Below, in pieces: positions 27,835 through 36,275 of a stretch of 50,878 nt of DNA; position 1 is the stretch's first letter; every line of letters begins with the position of its first letter. The position numbers and the translations under genes are program-made. Origin of the DNA: an uncultured Bacteroidales bacterium (GTDB taxonomy: Bacteria > Bacteroidota > Bacteroidia > Bacteroidales > TTA-H9); the NCBI GenBank assembly GCA_964550695.1, contig CAZKCK010000006.1, forward strand, positions 1,411 through 52,288. Direction: 5' to 3'. A model generated the notes under the pieces. The model was not told the origin of the DNA and ran no database searches. It saw only the letters and a program-made list of their open reading frames with translations.

Positions 27835-27916
27835 TAAACTGCAGTGATGAAAATTATTTTATTGATAAACAGCTTTCTAACAATTTTAAAATAAATATTG
27901 CAAAGCTTTATTGCAT

Positions 27917-27942
27917 AAAAAAACCGTCAGATAATCTGACGG
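27917..27942 (-). terminator. Rho-independent terminator downstream of the DUF5606 gene
   Basis: The minus strand reads CCGTCAGA-tta-TCTGACGG followed by TTTTTTT. Confidence 0.7.
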
Positions 27943-27955
27943 TTATAATCTTTTT

Positions 27956-28396
27956 TTAAACAGTTTCAGAGTCAGCAGTAGAGGATTCCTCAGGCAGAGG
28001 TGCTGCATCTTCAGTAAAATCGAGCAAATTGTGTTCCTGAAGCTGGTTGTACCAGGATATCATCTTTTTAATATCGGATACATAAACCCTATCTGCCGCA
28101 TAATCAGGAACAATCTGTTCAAAATACTTCTTAAGTGTATTGTTGTCCGACTTCGGATCAATAGACTTATTACTATTCTCTTTATCACGTATTGCAATAA
28201 AAATATCTTTCAGGGGGCGGTCTTCTCCTGTGGTAAACACACTTATTTCTTCGAGGCTGCTCATGCGGTCATGAACAAAAGCCGGAAAACGTTTTCCGTC
28301 AGTAAGTGATTCAACAATAACGCCGTTCTTTGTCTGGCTGATGATTTTGAATAGTCCGCTTTTACCGGTAATAGAAACAATTTCTTTCAGGTTCAT
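27956..28396 (-). CDS. DUF5606 domain-containing protein
   Basis: MNLKEIVSITGKSGLFKIISQTKNGVIVESLTDGKRFPAF...SSLEEISVFT matches my recollection of this conserved Bacteroidota family. Confidence 0.7.
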   Translation of the reverse strand: MNLKEIVSITGKSGLFKIISQTKNGVIVESLTDGKRFPAFVHDRMSSLEEISVFTTGEDRPLKDIFIAIRDKENSNKSIDPKSDNNTLKKYFEQIVPDYAADRVYVSDIKKMISWYNQLQEHNLLDFTEDAAPLPEESSTADSETV

Positions 28397-28488
28397 TTCT
28401 GTTAGTTAATCACATAAAATTATTAATGCAGCAAAGATACTGATTTTTTATAACCTCATAAAAAACCCTATTTTTGCATAAAAAAACT

Positions 28489-28908
28489 ATGGGCAATAAT
28501 ACTGAACCTTCTGGCAATTCATCTTTAAAAACCAGAATACTGGTGGCAGATGACGATGAAATAAACAGGACGCTTGTAACAACCATTCTTAAATCAATGG
28601 GTTACGAAATAACTGTAATGCCAGACGGATTAGCTGCTTACGACGAATTTTTAAACGCTCCGTACCACATTATTCTAATGGATATTGAAATGCCGGTACT
28701 TGATGGTTTGAAAGCCATTCAGCGTATCCGCGAACATGAACGTAAAAATGGCGGACATATTCACATTATTGCCATGACGAGCTATTCTGACAAAGAAAGC
28801 AGAACAAAGTACTTCAATAGCGGTGTGGACGATTATCTCAGCAAACCCTTTAAACCCTTTGAACTATCAGAGGTGTTGACAAAAGCCGGTATACTGCCGG
28901 TGATGTAA
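28489..28908 (+). CDS. Single-domain response regulator (receiver only)
   Basis: ILVADDDEINR, ILMDIEMPVLDG, IIAMTS and YLSKPF. I prefer the ATG at 28489 because the track start at 28474 is a TTG. Confidence 0.85.
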   Translation: MGNNTEPSGNSSLKTRILVADDDEINRTLVTTILKSMGYEITVMPDGLAAYDEFLNAPYHIILMDIEMPVLDGLKAIQRIREHERKNGGHIHIIAMTSYSDKESRTKYFNSGVDDYLSKPFKPFELSEVLTKAGILPVM

Positions 28909-28986
28909 TGTGACTCATTGCAAATTATTTCTGACTTATTTCGTAAAAAAAACCTCTTTACTACCTAATTAACTTCAAATTATTGA

Positions 28987-29895
28987 ATGTCTGAACATTG
29001 TAACCTTTGCCCGAGAAATTGTAATGCTGACCGGTTGAATGATGTTAAAGGTTACTGCAATAGTGATTTGCTTTATAATATTGGTTCTGTGTGTATTCAC
29101 AGGGGTGAAGAACCGATTATCAGCGGACGGCAGGGCATCTGTAATGTTTTTTTTACCAAATGCAATCTGCAGTGCGTCTTTTGCCAGAATAAGCAGATTA
29201 GTAGCAATTACAATTCAGAAGTTGAATATAAACTGGAACTTGCTCAGATTGTTAAAATTATAACAGATATACTTGATCGTGATGTAAAAGCCCTGGGTTT
29301 TGTATCACCTTCGCACAATAGTTTGCAGGTAAAACAGACGATCAATGAAATCCGATCCAGAGGTTATAATCCAATAACAATTTATAATTCAAATGGTTAT
29401 GACAAAATTGAAACACTTCGTTCCCTTGAAGGTTTCATTGATATTTATTTGCCGGATTTTAAATATTCTGACACCAACCTGGGAAAAAAATTATCAGGGG
29501 TAAACAATTATCCGGATACGGCTCTTGCAGCAATCAGGGAAATGTACCGGCAAAAGGGCTCCAGTCTGCATACTGATGAAGATGGTCAGGCAACCTCCGG
29601 ATTAATTATCAGACATCTGGTATTACCCGGTTATATTGAGAACAGTCTGAATGTTTTACAGTTAATTGCTGATGAAATTTCTACAAATGTTCACATAAGC
29701 CTGATGTCGCAATACAACCCGGTGCATAATATTTCTAACCATGAAAATCTCAACCGCAACCTTACATCATTTGAATATCAGATAGTTATTGACAAGTTTG
29801 AAGAATTGGGGTTTTATAAAGGCTGGATTCAGGATTTGGAAAGTGCCGGTCACTACAATCCTGATTTTACTATAAACCATCCGTTCGAATTCTAG
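28987..29895 (+). CDS. Radical SAM protein (PflX-like, pyruvate formate-lyase activase-related)
   Basis: CNLQCVFCQN (CX3CX2C) cluster motif about 60 aa from the N-terminus; about 300 aa. Confidence 0.8.
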   Translation: MSEHCNLCPRNCNADRLNDVKGYCNSDLLYNIGSVCIHRGEEPIISGRQGICNVFFTKCNLQCVFCQNKQISSNYNSEVEYKLELAQIVKIITDILDRDVKALGFVSPSHNSLQVKQTINEIRSRGYNPITIYNSNGYDKIETLRSLEGFIDIYLPDFKYSDTNLGKKLSGVNNYPDTALAAIREMYRQKGSSLHTDEDGQATSGLIIRHLVLPGYIENSLNVLQLIADEISTNVHISLMSQYNPVHNISNHENLNRNLTSFEYQIVIDKFEELGFYKGWIQDLESAGHYNPDFTINHPFEF

Positions 29896-31085
29896 ATAAT
29901 TTCTTCGTCGGTAACCAGTTTGTTATTGGTTATCAATGCGTTTGTAATCGGCTTAAATTTATTCCGTATCAGCGTCCAATTATCAGGATTGTTTTTCATT
30001 GCCTTGATAATTAAAGGTCTGTGTTTCTTTATTGCATCAGTAATGGCAGGGGGGGTTACCGCATCTTTAAGAGCAAGCCCCACATTGAGCCCTGTAAGCG
30101 GATTATTTTGTCGTAAAACCTTTTTTGCACCCTCTTCAAGATTGTTAAGAAAATGAATGACTTTATTCATCCGGTCTTCTGCTACCGTGGTTCTTTCCTC
30201 ATCCAATGGAATTTCTTTCTCCACATCCAGATTTATGTGATAGTCAGTGATTACGATCTGATTTGATCCGGCAGGCATAAAGCTCATTGCAAAAATGGCA
30301 GCTTTTTCAATGGAAACACTCAGGATATTCAGATCGCCGGTAAACCCTGAAATCAATTGCTCAGCCTTGGAATCCATCATCACTCTGATTTTATTTTCGC
30401 GTTCAAAACCAGCCAGATATGATTTGCAAAGGTTAATCAGACTATTGCCATATTTTAATTTTAGCTGTTTAATTTCTTCGCGATGAAGCTCAATTTTTTC
30501 AGTCAGATACTTTGCATTTTCACCCACAAGATTAAACCTCTTTGCATCCGCCTCCATTTCCAGCAACCTGCTTTTCAATAAATTAAAAAGGGTAGGTGCC
30601 ATCATGGCCTTGGTATCAGTTGTCAAAACACTGTCTTCGCTTCTGGGTCCCCACGATTTTGGTTTTTTACGATAATACAGGAAAATAAGATCTGATTTCT
30701 TATCAAACTGGTTTCTGAAGCGTAACATCAGTATGACCTTGTTTTTTTCATTAAAAACGTTTGGATCTATTTTTGTCTTCCCCTTTTCACTTGTGATTTC
30801 AAAAGGAAGCTCATTCATATCAAGCCATTCATAAGACGGTCTCGCGTTGCGCAATTTATCAATTTCTTCACGTACATCAGCAAAAATCAAAGGTTGTGGG
30901 TCAACTTCACCCTGCAGTGTGTCAAATCCTTCAATGTCAATAAATTCGCCATCAAGCCGACCAGTTTCATGATTGTAAAAAATAGCAACAACCTTCTCAA
31001 TACCGACGCATGATGATGCAATATACCCTAATAACCAGGAAAAAGGTAAACCCTTGAAAGAAAAATTGTTATAAGGGAATTTCAT
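29892..31085 (-). CDS. Hypothetical protein (397 aa), family not recognised
   Basis: Long ATG-started ORF with ordinary amino-acid composition and a central coiled-coil-like stretch. The C-terminal segment LTGLNVGLALKDAVTPPAITDAIKKHR could be an HTH, which is inference only. Confidence 0.6.
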   Translation of the reverse strand: MKFPYNNFSFKGLPFSWLLGYIASSCVGIEKVVAIFYNHETGRLDGEFIDIEGFDTLQGEVDPQPLIFADVREEIDKLRNARPSYEWLDMNELPFEITSEKGKTKIDPNVFNEKNKVILMLRFRNQFDKKSDLIFLYYRKKPKSWGPRSEDSVLTTDTKAMMAPTLFNLLKSRLLEMEADAKRFNLVGENAKYLTEKIELHREEIKQLKLKYGNSLINLCKSYLAGFERENKIRVMMDSKAEQLISGFTGDLNILSVSIEKAAIFAMSFMPAGSNQIVITDYHINLDVEKEIPLDEERTTVAEDRMNKVIHFLNNLEEGAKKVLRQNNPLTGLNVGLALKDAVTPPAITDAIKKHRPLIIKAMKNNPDNWTLIRNKFKPITNALITNNKLVTDEEII

Positions 31086-31143
31086 AAAATCGAACTGATT
31101 TTTTTGATTGGATAAAAATATAACAATTAAGTAAATTAAGCAA

Positions 31144-31182
31144 GCAAATTCAGCAAATTCATATAAATATTCAGCAAATTCA
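31144..31182. promoter_or_regulatory. Three copies of the 9-mer GCAAATTCA; the last two are in a 9-N12-9 direct-repeat arrangement
   Basis: GCAAATTCA at 31144, 31153 and 31174. The 13-mer TTCAGCAAATTCA repeats at 31149-31161 and 31170-31182 with a 21-bp period. Confidence 0.4.
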
Positions 31183-31315
31183 ACAACATTTAAGCTTACT
31201 TAATTTGCAACTGAATGCAAAAAAATTACTTAATTTACTTTTTTTCAGCAGATTATAGTTATAATATTGCAACCACAAGTTTTATATTAAAAAGTAAAAT
31301 TAAAATTGAGGTCCC

Positions 31316-31690
31316 ATGAGAAGCGAAATCTATAAAGAAATTGAAGCTACCAGAGAACGGTACTTCAATGAGATCTTCAAAAATAATCCGTCATTGTTAA
31401 ACGGTAAATTGAATGACAGACCTCTGCTTAACCCGGGAATCAGGTTTCGTATAACCACAGCAGCGATTTCGGAAATTCAGGAAGTTCCGGTGCAGGAGAA
31501 CTTATCCGAAGAAATTCAACCCGATACAAAGTTCATTGAAGAAACGGAACATGTTCAATATTCGGCTCAAAATGAGACTGTTGAAAATATTAAAGCCTTA
31601 ACAGACTGGAGACAAAAGTTGCTCAATCTTTTTTTTTCGTGGTTCCTGAGTGAAGAAGATTACAAAACAATATCAGAGAAAGCTATATAG
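31316..31690 (+). CDS. Hypothetical protein (124 aa)
   Basis: ORF only, with an acidic middle region and no recognised motif. Confidence 0.45.
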   Translation: MRSEIYKEIEATRERYFNEIFKNNPSLLNGKLNDRPLLNPGIRFRITTAAISEIQEVPVQENLSEEIQPDTKFIEETEHVQYSAQNETVENIKALTDWRQKLLNLFFSWFLSEEDYKTISEKAI

Positions 31691-31788
31691 AATGGAATTA
31701 AATCTGGCGTCAAAATCCATTCTCCTGCAAATCACCAACCTTGCATTTGCTTCAATTATTGATTATTTTTGTTTTTTAAAAATTAACC

Positions 31789-32775
31789 ATGAAAGCATTA
31801 AAAATCATTGCTGTTATTGTACTTGGAATAATTGCTACATTCTTGATTCTGTGTGCATTTCTTCCCAAAAATGTTCATACCGAAGGATCATCTGTTATTA
31901 AGGCACCAGCCAAACAGGTCTTTGAACAAGTGAATAATTTTAAAAACTGGACAAAGTGGTCTCCTTTCCAAACTGATACAACCATGATCAATCAATTTGA
32001 AGGACCTGAATCCGGAGTAGGCGCAAAAATGATATGGACCAGTGCAAACAGTGGCAATGGTTCTCAGACAATTACCGAAAGTGTTCCTGATTTATTCATT
32101 AAAACTGATCTGGATTTTATGGAAGAAGGTTCAGCATTCAGTATTTATACTTTTGAACCTCATGGTGATAGTACGATCATGAAATGGTCAACAGATATGC
32201 TTGATCTTGGCTATCCCCTCGGACGATTTATGGGTTTATTCATGAATGGAATGATGCAGTCATATTACAAAATTGGTTTTGAAAACCTGAATAAACTTTT
32301 GGCCGGGATGCCATCCATTGAGGTTACTTTTGAAAGTGTTGGTGCCAGAAAAGCATTGATTATCAAAGATTCAGCCATGATGAACGATATAGGATCAAAA
32401 ATGGAAAGCCTGTACGGTGAAATCATGATTTATCTGCAAAAAAGCAATGTTGATTTGAGTGGCCCTCCGTTCTGTATTTACTACTCCTGGGATGTAAATA
32501 AACCATTTGTAATGGATTGCGGGATACCAGTGGCTCAGGTTTTAAAAGGCAGTGGCCGTATTGAATTCCGGGAAATAGCTGAAACAAAAACTGCTAAGGC
32601 CATTCATACAGGTAGTTACGAAACAACAGGGCTTACACATGATTTGATGAATAAATATCTCTCATACAATAAAATTGAAGTGATTGGATACCCATGGGAA
32701 GTATATGTAACCGACCCGATGATAGAAAAAGACACAACTAAATGGATAACAGAAATATACTATCCCATCAAATAA
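31789..32775 (+). CDS. Membrane-anchored SRPBCC-family protein fused to a GyrI-like effector-binding domain
   Basis: N-terminal TM MKALKIIAVIVLGIIATFLIL. The SRPBCC-like part is APAKQVFEQVNNFKNWTKWSPF. The C-terminal half is GPPFCIYYSWD...AIHTGSYETTGLTHDLMNKYL...PWEVYVTDP, typical of GyrI-like domains. Confidence 0.6.
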   Translation: MKALKIIAVIVLGIIATFLILCAFLPKNVHTEGSSVIKAPAKQVFEQVNNFKNWTKWSPFQTDTTMINQFEGPESGVGAKMIWTSANSGNGSQTITESVPDLFIKTDLDFMEEGSAFSIYTFEPHGDSTIMKWSTDMLDLGYPLGRFMGLFMNGMMQSYYKIGFENLNKLLAGMPSIEVTFESVGARKALIIKDSAMMNDIGSKMESLYGEIMIYLQKSNVDLSGPPFCIYYSWDVNKPFVMDCGIPVAQVLKGSGRIEFREIAETKTAKAIHTGSYETTGLTHDLMNKYLSYNKIEVIGYPWEVYVTDPMIEKDTTKWITEIYYPIK

Positions 32776-32870
32776 TTTACCGGCGATAATATCATTGAGG
32801 TCTTAACTTCATAGCAGATTATTATATAGAATTCTTCATACTTTTATCACCGAATTTTTAGAACAACTTA

Positions 32871-33536
32871 ATGGAAAAATTAGAATCACTCAATTTTCTG
32901 GGAGTTCAAATCATCAATTTCAACAATTTGGGAATTCTTGTTGGAAGATTTGTTTTCAATATTATATCTTTGCTCATCATAACCCGTTACATTTATTATG
33001 CAAATGCACGACGTAAAAACTTCTTGTTTACGTACATGTTGATTGGGGTTACAGTTTTCACACTCTCATATCTGCTCGAAAATGTTCAGCTTCAGTTAGG
33101 TGTAGCACTTGGTCTGTTTGCTGTTTTTGGTATCATACGTTACCGGACTGACTCTATTCCTATCAAGGAAATGACCTACCTGTTTGTGGTTATCGGCATT
33201 TCTATCATCAATGCCTTATCAAAGGGGATTAGTTTTGCCGAGTTATTTATGGCAAATTTTGCGATTATATTTATAACAATCATGGGTGAGTTTTACTGGA
33301 TGTATCGCCATGAATCGAGTAAAATAGTTATTTATGATAATCTGGAATATATAAAACCCCAAAATAAAAAGCTGTTTTTGATGGATCTGGAAAGGCGTAC
33401 AGGTCTCAAAATTAACAGGGTGGAAGTTGGTCAAATTGATTTTGACAAAGAGAATGTGAAACTGATTATCTACTATTTTTATGATCGGAATAAAGTTGAT
33501 TTTTATCAGGAAAAATCTTTTGATGACAATAAATAG
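32871..33536 (+). CDS. DUF4956 domain-containing membrane protein
   Basis: About four TM helices and the family-typical GLFAVFGIIRYRTDSIPIKEMTYLF segment; 221 aa. Confidence 0.7.
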   Translation: MEKLESLNFLGVQIINFNNLGILVGRFVFNIISLLIITRYIYYANARRKNFLFTYMLIGVTVFTLSYLLENVQLQLGVALGLFAVFGIIRYRTDSIPIKEMTYLFVVIGISIINALSKGISFAELFMANFAIIFITIMGEFYWMYRHESSKIVIYDNLEYIKPQNKKLFLMDLERRTGLKINRVEVGQIDFDKENVKLIIYYFYDRNKVDFYQEKSFDDNK

Positions 33537-34677
33537 TTATAAATCAATAAAATACAATCTAAAAAAAGAGACTGCAAACATTTTTATTGTAGTCGTTGGT
33601 TGTTATTTGCGGAATTTCTTTCGCGTTCTTGATAAGAATTATTTTCGGGGATGTTTAAACATTCTTTTGTTGTTATTCCCCATATGCCTGTTGTCACAGG
33701 TTGATCCCAAACCTCTTTTTGCTGAAAACGAATTTATCAACTGTACGTTAACTGCTGATTTTGACTCCATTAAAAAAGATGATTGTCACAATCCTAAAAA
33801 ATTTCGGGGCATTTTTTCATGTATTTCAGGTTCTGATACGCTGTTTTACGATATATCTGTAAAAAAACGGGGAAAATTCAGGTGTGAATCGGGGGCATGT
33901 GTTTTTCCACCTTTATTGATAAACTTTTCAAAGGGCGATATGAAAACTGGTCCGTTTACAGGTCAGGACAAACTTAAATTAGTGAATTCGTGCAAATTAA
34001 ACTCTGAGAATTACCAAAATTATATTTTCAAAGAATTTCTTGTTTATAGAATACTCAATCAACTAACCGATTACAGTCTGAGGGTTCGTTTGTTGAGAAT
34101 TAAGTACAACAATCTGGCTGACTCTCAGGATTCTGTTACCCGTTTCGGTTTTGTGATTGAACAGCCTGAAGATATGGCACAACGTAAAAATTGTACTTAT
34201 CTGAAAGCCAATAGTATTAGTGCCAGTGAATTTGACCGGCATGAAATGTGTCTGATTGATATGTTTGAATTTATGATTGGCAATACGGATTGGTCAGTAA
34301 CAGAACAACATAATATTTTAGTACTGAGTTATAATCCGTTTGAGAAACCTTATGCTGTTCCCTATGATTTTGATTGGTCAGGGCTTGTAAATGCTCCATA
34401 TGCAGTCCCGTTTCCTGATTTAGGCCTGACTTCGGTAACAGAGCGCCTGTATATGGGTTATTGCAGAACTCCGGAGGAATTTGAAAAGGTGATCTCGGTT
34501 TTTAACAATAAAAAACAACAACTATTTGATCTGGTGAATACATTCAACTTATTACCGGAAAAAGAACGAAAAAAAATGTGTAGTTATCTTGATGAATTTT
34601 ATAAGATGATCAATCAGAAGAATGCCGCTTCTAAGATATTTAATAACCTTTGTAAAGAGAAAAGGGGAAGCGAATGA
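33523..34677 (+). CDS. Exported CotH-like (atypical kinase-fold) protein, paralog A
   Basis: Hydrophobic signal-like segment CLNILLLLFPICLLSQ. CotH-like layout: ISVKKRGKFR...LKLVNSC...FKEFLVYRILN...RFGFVIEQPED...FEFMIGNTDWSVTEQHNILVL...AVPYDFDWSG. The start is uncertain (ATG at 33481 or 33523), and both overlap the DUF4956 gene. Confidence 0.55.
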   Translation: MTINSYKSIKYNLKKETANIFIVVVGCYLRNFFRVLDKNYFRGCLNILLLLFPICLLSQVDPKPLFAENEFINCTLTADFDSIKKDDCHNPKKFRGIFSCISGSDTLFYDISVKKRGKFRCESGACVFPPLLINFSKGDMKTGPFTGQDKLKLVNSCKLNSENYQNYIFKEFLVYRILNQLTDYSLRVRLLRIKYNNLADSQDSVTRFGFVIEQPEDMAQRKNCTYLKANSISASEFDRHEMCLIDMFEFMIGNTDWSVTEQHNILVLSYNPFEKPYAVPYDFDWSGLVNAPYAVPFPDLGLTSVTERLYMGYCRTPEEFEKVISVFNNKKQQLFDLVNTFNLLPEKERKKMCSYLDEFYKMINQKNAASKIFNNLCKEKRGSE

Positions 34678-36275
34678 GGTATGCAGTAAATCTATTGATC
34701 ACTTTCCTTCTTTTTGTCAGCAGCACTTTATCAGCTCAGGAACCGGGCGAACTATTAAGTGATGCCATTGTTAAAGGTGATACACTTCAGGTAAATCAGA
34801 TTCTGAGGTCGTATAAAGCCATTGCTGATAACTATCTCGATGCAAAGCAAAATCTGACGCCTCTTACACTCGCAATTAAAAAGAACAAAACACAAATAGT
34901 AGAAATTTTACTGAAACACAAGGCCAATCCCGATAAACCAACCGGAAGAAAAACACCGCTGATTTATGCTATCCAGTCAGGTAATGCCGAAATTGTCAGG
35001 CTATTGCTTGAGTTTGGTGCTGAAGTAAATACGATTGACAAAGATGGATATAGTCCAATATATTATACCCTTCGAACTGATAATCTGGAAATTGCAAAAA
35101 TGTTGGTTGATGCCGGGGCCGAAATTCTTAAACCATTAAAATCAGGAAAAAGATTTACTGATCTGATCACTTCCCAAAATTCTCAGGCATTCACTACTTA
35201 TTTTCAAAAAATTGCAGCTTTACAGACCGAAACTCCATTTTGGCCGGTTTATCATGATGGACCATATTTTATTCATCCTGATAGTATTACAACCATTATG
35301 TATTATTTAAAGCATGATACAATGGCTCCAACCCCTGAACTAATAAGCAAACATTTTCACCAAACTTCTGATTCTTTGATCGTTACAGGTATTTATCCTG
35401 ACAGTATGATGTATAAAATCAAAAAAAAGTACTTCATACAGGATGGCTATTATCCTGAACCCGAAAAACTCATGTTGATTGGTGATGTGCACGGGAGTTA
35501 TGGTTCACTTGTTAAACTGCTTAAAAATACGGGTGTGATAGATGGCTCATACAACTGGAAATGGGGAAATGGAAGTCTGGCTTTTGTAGGGGATATTTTT
35601 GACAGGGGAGAAGATGTTACACAAACATTGTGGTTGATTCAGCGATTACAGGATCAGGCAGGTTTACAGGGTGGCAAGGTGCATGCTATTTATGGAAATC
35701 ACGAATTTCTCTCGTTGTTGGGCGATGAAACTTATCTGAATCAAAAATATAAAAGGCTCTGTAGCTACTTTATGTTTAATTATGCAGGACTGTATAATGA
35801 AGATTCCGAACTTGGTAAATGGATCAGGACATGGCCGGGTATGCTAAAAATAGGCAATACGCTCGTGATACATGCAGGGATAAGTAAAGATTTTTTTGCA
35901 TATAAACTATCTGTCGATTCTGTTAATAAATTGGTTAACAAATTTATATGTAGTTATAATGACTCATTGTCAGAAACTGAGAAAATTGTGTTGCTTGAAA
36001 AGGGCCCTTTCTGGCACAGGGGCTTTTTGCCGAAGTACAGCAATGGCAATAATCTGACAGAAACTTTTATTGACAGTGTATTACAGTTTTATAATGTAAA
36101 ACGAATAGTTTTTGGCCATACTGAGGTTGCAAAAATATATGCTGGATTTAAAGGAAAACTTTTGGATATTAACGTACCTTTTACCAAAAGCGATGAATTA
36201 GAGGCCTTACTTATTAAAAATGATCAACTTTATACAGTATCAATAAATGGCGAGTTACAATCTATTGAATTTTAA
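34674..36275 (+). CDS. Exported ankyrin-repeat protein fused to a PPP-family (Shelph-like) metallophosphatase
   Basis: Signal peptide MRYAVNLLITFLLFVSSTLSAQ. It has 3-4 ANK repeats (TPLTLAIKKNKTQIVEILLKHKANPD, TPLIYAIQSGNAEIVRLLLEFGAEVN, YSPIYYTLRTDNLEIAKMLVDAGAEI). PPP motifs GDVHG, GDIFDRG and GNHE are followed by IHAG and FGHT. ATGA overlap with the upstream gene. Confidence 0.85.
   Translation: MRYAVNLLITFLLFVSSTLSAQEPGELLSDAIVKGDTLQVNQILRSYKAIADNYLDAKQNLTPLTLAIKKNKTQIVEILLKHKANPDKPTGRKTPLIYAIQSGNAEIVRLLLEFGAEVNTIDKDGYSPIYYTLRTDNLEIAKMLVDAGAEILKPLKSGKRFTDLITSQNSQAFTTYFQKIAALQTETPFWPVYHDGPYFIHPDSITTIMYYLKHDTMAPTPELISKHFHQTSDSLIVTGIYPDSMMYKIKKKYFIQDGYYPEPEKLMLIGDVHGSYGSLVKLLKNTGVIDGSYNWKWGNGSLAFVGDIFDRGEDVTQTLWLIQRLQDQAGLQGGKVHAIYGNHEFLSLLGDETYLNQKYKRLCSYFMFNYAGLYNEDSELGKWIRTWPGMLKIGNTLVIHAGISKDFFAYKLSVDSVNKLVNKFICSYNDSLSETEKIVLLEKGPFWHRGFLPKYSNGNNLTETFIDSVLQFYNVKRIVFGHTEVAKIYAGFKGKLLDINVPFTKSDELEALLIKNDQLYTVSINGELQSIEF

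Noticed and set aside
31650-31901. 83-aa + strand ORF bridging the 124-aa gene and the SRPBCC gene.
   Set aside because: It overlaps both better-supported ORFs out of frame. The SRPBCC protein has a convincing ATG and TM start at 31789.
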